From contig JAFDGZ010000002.1 in assembly GCA_019309045.1 (NCBI GenBank), forward strand, positions 79,435 to 143,434: a stretch of DNA of 64,000 nt, read 5' to 3'. Both the position numbers and the translations under genes were made by a program. Below the pieces are notes generated by a model. The model made no database searches. It was not told the origin of the DNA and worked only from the letters and a program-made list of their open reading frames with translations. The DNA is from Deltaproteobacteria bacterium. Lineage in GTDB: Bacteria > Desulfobacterota > Syntrophobacteria > BM002. Shown in pieces: positions 56,843-64,000 of this stretch; position 1 is the stretch's first letter; each line of letters opens with the position of its first letter.

Positions 56843-57643
56843 ATGTTAAAGCTCATTATAGTTGCAGGAATCATCTTTGTTCTGGCAATAGTCATGACCA
56901 TGGCAGGCAGAGGCGGCGGCAATTTTTATGTGCTGACATTGGTCCTTGCCGGTGTTCCCATGCATCAGGCTGCCACCACCGGACAGTTCATTCTTTTCAT
57001 GACTGCCTTTGCAGCCCTTATCATCTTTCAAAAACATAAGGTCGTTTCCTGGCCTCTCGCTCTGTTTATCGGCCCGCTAACGGCCCTGGCTGCTCTGGGC
57101 GGCGGTTATCTTTCGCACTGGTTCACTGGCTTTACCTTGAAGCTGATATTTTCTGCAATGCTGGCGCTTGCCGGCATGCTGATGCTCTTTCCAGTGCGGG
57201 AGAGGACCGACCAACCAGCGGTGAAGACAAGCCTTGGCCACTGGCGCCTCAAGTCGGCGGGTGAGACCTATCTGGTCAATCTATGGGTGGCGGTGCCCAT
57301 TATAGTGCTGTCCGGTTTTGGCTCAGGTATGGTTGGGGTCTCAGGGGGATCTTTTCTGGTGCCATTAATGGTACTGGCCTGCCAGGTGCCCATGCGTACT
57401 GCTGTTGGTACGGCCTCTTCTTTGATCGGAGCCACAGCCCTGATGGGCTTTCTCGGCCACGCGGCTCAGGGCGACTTTAATCCTAAATGGGCCATACCTT
57501 TAGCTGCGGTGACCATAATTGGCGGCATTCTAGGTGGAAAATTCGCCCTCAAGACGAAGCCAAAGAGCCTTAAGATGCTCTTTGCTTATACGACGCTATT
57601 GGCCGCTCTTTTTATGTTGGTCAATGCGTTCTATAATAGATAA
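56843..57643 (+). CDS. TauE/SafE family sulfite/anion exporter
   Basis: Two 4-TM repeats with G-rich motifs (MAGRGGGNFYV ... GMVGVSGGSFLVPL). RBS GAGGGAG before ATG 56843. Confidence 0.85.
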   Translation: MLKLIIVAGIIFVLAIVMTMAGRGGGNFYVLTLVLAGVPMHQAATTGQFILFMTAFAALIIFQKHKVVSWPLALFIGPLTALAALGGGYLSHWFTGFTLKLIFSAMLALAGMLMLFPVRERTDQPAVKTSLGHWRLKSAGETYLVNLWVAVPIIVLSGFGSGMVGVSGGSFLVPLMVLACQVPMRTAVGTASSLIGATALMGFLGHAAQGDFNPKWAIPLAAVTIIGGILGGKFALKTKPKSLKMLFAYTTLLAALFMLVNAFYNR

Positions 57644-57770
57644 AAGAAGGCTTGGTTTTTTAGGCTGCAATATATACGGGAAAGGGGTGATTGAGGAAAA
57701 CAGTGGAATGAATGCAGCTTGTGTGTGGTTGACAGAAAAATCCGTCTCAAACTGAGAGAGGAGGTTTTCC

Positions 57771-59195
57771 ATGTGGCGCCGGGGTTTGATACTCATTGTG
57801 ACAGCTATGGCAGTTTTGGGTCTGTGCTGCTCAATTGCAGTGGCACAGGAGAAAAGCGTGGTTGAGGAAATCCTGGATGTTCTTCGAAGTCAGGGCCAGA
57901 TCAGTGAAGAACAATACCATGAACTCCTGCAAAAGGCACAAGCGGAGGAGGCAAAAAGGGGAGAAACTAGGCAAGGGAAAGAGATTGGCAAACAAGAGCC
58001 TCATGCGACAAAAGGAGAAGAGACAGCTGCGGCAAAAAAAACAAAGGTAGCGATACCTATGTATGGTTACTGGAAAAATGGCTTGGCTTTCGAGAGTGCC
58101 GACCGGAAGTTTACCGCCAAAATCGGTGGCAGAATTAATGTTGACGCAGGTGAGGTTGATACAGATCATGATGTAAAGAAATTTTTTGACAACCAGTTCG
58201 GCAGCGGTGTCAATTTCCGCCGAGCACGGCTGTCTTTCGAGGCTACAATCTACCATGACATTATGCTCAAGTCAGAATATGATTTCACTTCCGGGGAGAC
58301 GAAATTCAAAGACGTTTATGTGGGCATGCGTGGACTTCCCTATGTGGGCACCTTGCGGATCGGCCATCAAAAGGAACCGTTTTCTTTAGAGGAAATAATT
58401 AGCGGCAACTACGTGACTTTTATGGAAAGGGCCTTGCCGAACGGTTTTGTTCCTGACCGCAACACGGGCCTGGGTTTGAACAACACAGTGCTTGACCGAC
58501 GCATGACCTGGGCAGTAGGCGGCTTCAGGGAAACTGATAATCAGGGCAGCGGTCTGGGGAATCCTGAGAACTATAATGTAACTGCCCGGGTAACAGGTTT
58601 GCCATGGTACCGAGATAAAGGGTCTAGGCTTTTGCATCTGGGACTTTCATACAGTCACAAGTTCGTGGACAAAGGTGGCACCGTGAGATTCCGTTCGCGT
58701 CCTGAAACTCAGCTTACTAGCGAGCGCTTTGTGGACACCGGCAGCATTCTAGCGGACGATGTCGATTTACTGGCGCCTGCAGCAGCAGTGGTTTTTGGTC
58801 CACTGTCTTTTCAGGGTGAATACATCTACAGCCATGTGGATCCCAAACAAGGGAGTAGCCTTGATTTCGACGGCTACTACATTTATGGCAGCTATTTTCT
58901 TACGGGTGAACATCGTTCTTACAGCACCTCGCATGGAGCCTTCTCGCGAATAAGACCGAAGAAGAATTTTCAGCTCCACGGCGGCGGTTGGGGCGCCTGG
59001 GAAGTGGCCTTGCGGTACTCGCACATGGACTTGGATGACGAGGATGTGGAAGGCGGCAAACTGTCAGACATCACAGCCGGGCTCAACTGGTATCTCAACC
59101 CGAGTGTTCGGATCATGTTCAACTACATCCACGCCGACCTCGATCATGTGGGCGATACCAACATATATCAGTCAAGATTCCAAATTAATCTTTAG
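57771..59195 (+). CDS. OprO/OprP-like phosphate/anion-selective outer-membrane porin
   Basis: Signal peptide; Porin_O_P-like features (FRRARLSFEATIYHD..., KFKDVYVGMRGLPYVGTLRIGHQKEPFSLEE). Confidence 0.8.
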   Translation: MWRRGLILIVTAMAVLGLCCSIAVAQEKSVVEEILDVLRSQGQISEEQYHELLQKAQAEEAKRGETRQGKEIGKQEPHATKGEETAAAKKTKVAIPMYGYWKNGLAFESADRKFTAKIGGRINVDAGEVDTDHDVKKFFDNQFGSGVNFRRARLSFEATIYHDIMLKSEYDFTSGETKFKDVYVGMRGLPYVGTLRIGHQKEPFSLEEIISGNYVTFMERALPNGFVPDRNTGLGLNNTVLDRRMTWAVGGFRETDNQGSGLGNPENYNVTARVTGLPWYRDKGSRLLHLGLSYSHKFVDKGGTVRFRSRPETQLTSERFVDTGSILADDVDLLAPAAAVVFGPLSFQGEYIYSHVDPKQGSSLDFDGYYIYGSYFLTGEHRSYSTSHGAFSRIRPKKNFQLHGGGWGAWEVALRYSHMDLDDEDVEGGKLSDITAGLNWYLNPSVRIMFNYIHADLDHVGDTNIYQSRFQINL

Positions 59196-59247
59196 TCTTG
59201 ACAAGGACTATATGCCATTCTAGCTTTATTCAATAAAGAAGCTATTT

Positions 59248-59715
59248 GTGGCCGGGGATGAAGGCGTGAGTGAATCGACTTACAGAGTTCGACGAATACT
59301 GCTGCCATTGAAATTTTCCCACGTAACCGACAATGCCTTTGCCACGGCATTGCGGCTGGCGAAATGCTGTCAGGCGCGCCTGCATATCCTCCATGTGCTG
59401 GATCACCGTTTGCGGCAGCCGGAGATAACAGAGGATGAAATTGCCGAGATAACTAAAGCGGCCGAAAAGGAGTTCCAGGAAAGATACCTGCCGCGTCTCG
59501 AAGGTTTCAAGGATTACGCCTTCAACTGCTGGGAGGGTGATCCGGCCATGGAAACAGCCAAGCTGGCCGACAGCATCGGGGCGGATTTTATTGTTGTGGG
59601 CTGCCACACCAGGCGCGACAGGCCGTCGCCAACCAGGCTGGGCGAGGTTGCCCTCGCCCTGCTGCAATGGGCCCCCTGCCCGGTCACTGTGGTACCGTGC
59701 GAAATTCATCGGTAG
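59248..59715 (+). CDS. universal stress protein (UspA family)
   Basis: ILLPLKFSH...ADFIVVGCHTRR...VALALLQWAPCPVTVVP matches the Usp ATP-binding fold. GTG start inferred. Confidence 0.75.
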   Translation: MAGDEGVSESTYRVRRILLPLKFSHVTDNAFATALRLAKCCQARLHILHVLDHRLRQPEITEDEIAEITKAAEKEFQERYLPRLEGFKDYAFNCWEGDPAMETAKLADSIGADFIVVGCHTRRDRPSPTRLGEVALALLQWAPCPVTVVPCEIHR

Positions 59716-60135
59716 GGTGCATTTCCCTCTTCGTTGTGCATATTCAATTTTGTTCTCTAAAGTACTTCTTCTGCCTTGCCAACCAGCCTGAGAGGCCAAT
59801 TGCCATTCCATACTGCTTCTTCGTGTAAAGTCCATCGTGAACAGATGTTAATTAACACCCATTTACTCCAGTTTTATATAATCCTTTAAAAATCACACAG
59901 TTAACTTCCTCTAACAGATCGCATCTGTTCAGGCATATATATTGCTGTTTCTTGGCCAGACAAAATTTCCGAGGCAAGGCACTGCCGTCCAGGCGTGTAT
60001 CGAACCTACAGAGCAGGAACTCTAAAAAAATGGTGAGGTGATGATTTGTTGGACGAACAAAGTGGAGGAGTTTGCTCGCGAGACTGTCCAAGGGTGGGTA
60101 CTGGTGCCAAATAGAAGATAAGGAGGAGGGTTCTG

Positions 60136-61089
60136 GTGAATATTGGCAGGAGGAGTTTTTTCAAGATCATCGGAGCTGCGGCCGGCGTCAAGGCCCTCAA
60201 TACCCCGGGCGGCGCTCTGGCAGCTGTGCCTCCGAAGCAATCAGCCGAGACCCTGGCATGTCTGGTTGATACCACTGTGTGTGTGGGCTGCCGCAAGTGT
60301 GAGGAGGCATGCAATGCAAGGAACAAGCTTGCCAAGCCTGCTGAGTCTTTTGAAGAGATGACCGTGCTCGAGAGTCCCCGCCGTCCAAATGAGAACTCTT
60401 ACACCGTGGTAAACAAGTACTACCCTCAACACATTGGCTCTCTCACCTGGCGCAAACGGCCTGTCTACGTGAAATTTCAGTGTATGCACTGCAATGATCC
60501 ATCCTGTGCGTCGGCCTGCATTGTGGGAGCATTGCACAAGGTGCCGCAGGGCCCCGTAGTCTATGACGTGAGCAAGTGCATAGGGTGTCGCTACTGCATG
60601 GTCGCCTGTCCATTTCAAATACCAGCATATGAATATCACAATCCCCTTACTCCTGAAGTGAGGAAATGCACTTTCTGCTTTGCACAGGTCAAAGATGGTG
60701 GTCTGCCGGCATGCGCCCAGGTGTGTCCCATGGAGGCTATCACCTTTGGCAGGAGATCTGAGCTCTTGCAGCTAGCGCGCTGGAAGATGAAGGAAAATCC
60801 TGGCAAGTATGTGGATCACATATATGGAGAGCAGGAGGTGGGCGGAACCTCGTGGCTCTACTTGGCGTCTGAACCCTTTGAAACCATTGGCTTTCCCAGG
60901 CTTGGAACCAAGCCGCCGCCGCGTTTGACTGAAACGATCCAGCATGGACTGTTCCGTTATTTTGCAGCGCCCGTAGGGCTGTATGTCTTGCTCGGCGGCA
61001 TAATGTGGGCCACGGGATTTTATGGCAAGTACAAGGATGAAACCAAAAAGAGCAGTAATTCCTCGGAGCAGCAAGGAGGCGCTTCATGA
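60136..61089 (+). CDS. Tat-exported 4Fe-4S ferredoxin-type subunit of a membrane-bound oxidoreductase (HybA/PsrB/NrfC-like) with C-terminal TM anchor
   Basis: Twin-arginine motif RRSFFK; four CxxCxxCxxxCP-type clusters; C-terminal hydrophobic helix. GTG 60136 after AGGAGGAGGG. Confidence 0.85.
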   Translation: MNIGRRSFFKIIGAAAGVKALNTPGGALAAVPPKQSAETLACLVDTTVCVGCRKCEEACNARNKLAKPAESFEEMTVLESPRRPNENSYTVVNKYYPQHIGSLTWRKRPVYVKFQCMHCNDPSCASACIVGALHKVPQGPVVYDVSKCIGCRYCMVACPFQIPAYEYHNPLTPEVRKCTFCFAQVKDGGLPACAQVCPMEAITFGRRSELLQLARWKMKENPGKYVDHIYGEQEVGGTSWLYLASEPFETIGFPRLGTKPPPRLTETIQHGLFRYFAAPVGLYVLLGGIMWATGFYGKYKDETKKSSNSSEQQGGAS

Positions 61090-62275
61090 ACTCACATGAA
61101 AGGGCCGCGCCAGTGCAAGAGAAGTTCCTCACACCAGGTGTCATGGTAATGCTTGCCTTCATGGCTATGGGATTCGCCTTTGCTATTGCTCGCTTCCTGT
61201 ACGGTATCGGTGCGGTTTCTAATTTGAACAACCAGTTCCCTTGGGGTATCTGGATCGCAGTGGATGTGGCGTCAGGGGTGGCCCTGGCCGCTGGAGGTTT
61301 CACCACAGGCGCCATCGCTTATGTCTTCAACCGGCGTGAGTTTCATGCAGTAATTCGTCCGGCCCTGCTCACTGCCATGTTGGGTTATACATTTGTGGTG
61401 CTGGCGCTTTTGGTGGACATTGGGCGCTACTGGAACATTACCAGTCCAATTTTTAACCACAACGGCAATTCGGTCCTCTTCGAAGTGGCTGTTTGCGTGA
61501 TGATATATTCAAACGTTCTATATATTGAATTTCTTCCTATAGTGGTGGAGCGCTTCAAAGGAAAGGTGAATTTGCCGGGGCCCCTGGCCCGGTTCAACCA
61601 GGCGGTGGAAGCGCTCCTGGCTTTTGCGGACAGGACCCTCGGCAAGGTCATGTTCCTCTTTATCATTGCCGGCATCGTACTTTCCTGCATGCATCAATCT
61701 GGGCTCGGCTCTCTCATGCTGATTGCTCCCTACAAGGTTCACCCCCTGTGGTATACGCCTATCCTGCCGTTGCTGTTTCTTTTGTCAGCCCTGGCTGCAG
61801 GCTATCCCATGGTAATCTTCGAGTCCATTATCGTGTCCAAGTCATTTGATCGCCAACCAGAAATGCAGGTGCTCACACCCTTAGCCAGGTATATGCCTGT
61901 GCTCATAGGAATTTATCTGGCCGTGAAGATCGGTGATATGTTGGTGCGCGGCACCTACGTCTATCTCTTTGACGGCAGCGTGCAGAGCAATGCCTTCCTT
62001 GTAGAGCTGTGGCCCTGCCCTTTGTGCTTCTTCTGTTCAAGAAGATCCGTCATTCGCCTGGCTGGCTCTTTTTTGCTTCCACCATCTATGTTCTAGGAGT
62101 GGTGTTGAATCGGATAAATGTCTTTGTGGTGAGCTATACACCACCTTATGTGATCAAATCTTACTTCCCCTCCGTGGGCGAGGTGGCCATAAGCGTTGGT
62201 TTTGTTGCCGCCCTGATGTTTCTTTATCGGGTTTTCGTATTCGTCTTTCCTGTGTTGGGCGAACGACCCAGAAAG
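61086..62275 (+). pseudogene. NrfD/PsrC-like polytopic quinone-interacting membrane subunit; reading frame interrupted (apparent -1 frameshift near 62007-62012)
   Basis: NrfD-family helices continue in a different frame from about 62009 (ALPFVLLLFKKIR...). The original frame ends in nonsense (WPCPLCFFCSRRSVIRLAGSFLLPPSMF*) at 62096. Confidence 0.7.
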
Positions 62276-64000
62276 ATGTCCACGGCGGTGCTCTTGCTGC
62301 TGGGAATCTCAGCACTGCTTTGGGGCCGCACTCAAGCGCTAGCCAGCGAAAATTCCTCCATACCCAAAAGCATCATGTCAGTCACCAGGCAGGAGTTTCC
62401 CTCAATTGCTGAGGCCCCTAAAGTCTGGGTTCTGAACAATCAGATAATCAACAGCTATTCTGATCTTTATGAATCAGTGCGTTTCATGCACAGCAAGCAT
62501 GCCAATGTCCTGAAAGATTGCACCATATGTCATCATCGGCTGCCAAAGAATGACAGTGACAAAATTGGTGAGCCGGTTTCACTGGAAAAGCTCAAAGAAA
62601 TGAAAAAAATGCCTGTTGGTTGCAGTGGCTGCCATAATCGACCCTTCAACAGGGAGCATCCGGAAATACCCGGCCTGAAAGGGGCATACCATCGGCTCTG
62701 CATCGAGTGTCACAGAGAGGCCGAACAGGTGCCACACGTCCGCGGCCCTGTGGTTTACAGTGCCATGGTAAGAGGCCCCATCGCCCGGACCCTGGACACC
62801 CGGGCCCCCACTGATTGTCTCTCCTGTCATGCCAAAAAGGTGCCTGATCATAGCAAACTGGTGCAGTTGCAAGGCACCACGGTTGATGCGGTCACTGTTA
62901 CCAAGACCTGTCTTTCCTGCCACGAGACGGAAGGAAAAGCCATTCTCAAGACCTCTCACTGGAAGTGGCAGGGACCCTCACCGTATACGGTTGGCTACGA
63001 GAAGCATATTGATCTGGGCAAGAGCAGCAAAACAATAAATAATTTCTGCATCAATCTCAATGGCAACTGGCCCAGATGCACCAGTTGCCATATCGGCTAT
63101 GGTTGGAAAGAGAAGCATTTCGACTTCAGCGATATGAGCAAGATCGATTGCCTGGTCTGCCATGACACCACTGGCACATACAAGAAGGCGCCACCTGGGG
63201 CGGGTTTCCCCAAGAAAGACGTGGACCTGGTACAGGCCCAGTCGGGCTACCTGCGGCAACAACTGTCACTTCAGGGGTGGGGGCGGTGACGCAGTAAAGC
63301 ACGGTGATATGAACTCTATTCTCACCAAGCCTTCCGGCAACTGCGACGTTCACATGGGGGTGGACGGCAAGGGAATGAATTTCCGCTGCCAGGATTGCCA
63401 CAAAACTCGCAACCACATGATTTCTGGCCGCAGCATCTCGGTGCCAGTAGCAGAGGGGGACCTTTCCTGTGAATACTGCCACACAGACAGACCCCATTTA
63501 GCAGACAGCCTCAAGGCCTATCACCTGAACAGGCACAGCAAGCATGTGGCCTGTCAGACGTGCCACATCCCGGTCTACTCCAAGTGCAAGCCCACGAAAG
63601 TCTATTGGGATTGGTCAACTGCAGGCAAAGATTTGCCGCATCATAAAGACAAATATGGCATGCCCACCTTCAAAAAGAAAAAGGGCAGTTTCAAGTGGCA
63701 GGAGGCAGCAAAGCCATCCTACTTCTGGTACAATGGCACGGTAAAGCGCTATATTCTGGGAGATAGGATCAACGCAAATGGTGTGACTCAGCTGACAAAG
63801 CCGGTGGGGGATATCAGTGATCCTGCCTCGAGAATATATCCCTTCAAGATCCATCGGGGCAGACAGATAAGCGATGCTGTGAACAAGTACCTGATTGCGC
63901 CGCAACTCTGGAAGGGCTTCTGGAAGCACTGGGATTGGGACAGGGCTGCCAGAAACGGTATGCGCTATGCTGGCCTGGACTACAGCGGCAAGTATGAGTT
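62276..64000 (+). pseudogene. periplasmic multiheme c-type cytochrome (at least 10 CxxCH motifs; octaheme-like), partial at window edge; apparent +1 frameshift near 63240-63250
   Basis: Signal-peptide-like MSTAVLLLLGISALLWGRTQALA. Motifs CTICHH, CSGCHN, CIECHR, CLSCHA, CLSCHE, CTSCHI, CLVCHD; after a frame switch CQDCHK, CEYCHT, CQTCHI. No stop separates it from the NrfD-like frame. Confidence 0.7.

Noticed and set aside
57690-57720. Sigma54-like -24/-12 candidate (TTGGTTTTTTAGGCTGCA) upstream of OprP-like porin; similar near 43815 and 47640
   Set aside because: GG–GC spacing is off by one or more bases in each case, and the consensus matches are poor. I could not confirm any sigma54 promoter by eye.
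1-64000. CRISPR arrays, rRNA, tRNA, tmRNA/RNase P/SRP RNAs
   Set aside because: No regularly spaced direct repeats or recognisable structured-RNA signatures were seen in intergenic regions. The absence is not definitive without covariance-model searches.

Overview
Chromosomal segment, GC-rich, most consistent with a sulfate-reducing or syntrophic Deltaproteobacterium (Desulfobacterota-like). Supporting gene content: LemA/TPM, feoAB with Fur paralogs, a sigma54 two-component pair, and a Tat Fe-S / NrfD / multiheme cytochrome respiratory module. The window is mostly housekeeping (aspartate kinase, pyrB-pyrC, gdhA, dnaE, ubiE, an aapJQMP-type amino-acid ABC operon), interleaved with several accessory or unusual loci. 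(1) An IS200-like HuH transposase fused to a DnaA-C HTH domain, flanked by 12-bp inverted repeats, sits at the left edge next to a secreted tandem-repeat protein. (2) A four-gene cluster: a pyridine-nucleotide disulfide oxidoreductase with a C-terminal CxxxxC tail, an AhpD-like protein, an ArsS-like radical SAM protein, and a DedA/TVP38 protein. The radical SAM ORF stops at a UGA that is followed by an in-frame 7-codon extension and a SECIS-like hairpin, so it is a candidate selenoprotein. (3) A feo locus with two Fur genes, one of them fused to a FeoA/SH3 domain. (4) A Cys-rich non-lipoylatable GcvH-like protein plus a small paralogous Cys-motif protein, next to an archaemetzincin and a histidine kinase / sigma54 regulator pair. 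(5) An atypical ABC exporter with a roughly 1 kb insertion and repeated Q-loop-like motifs inside its NBD, translationally coupled to a stand-alone cNMP-binding protein and followed by rhodanese, TauE and an OprP-like porin. (6) A respiratory module in which the NrfD-like and multiheme cytochrome genes each carry an apparent 1-nt frameshift and are joined in frame. No rRNA, tRNA or CRISPR array was recognised. Coordinates of starts are my best RBS-based choices and several are uncertain.
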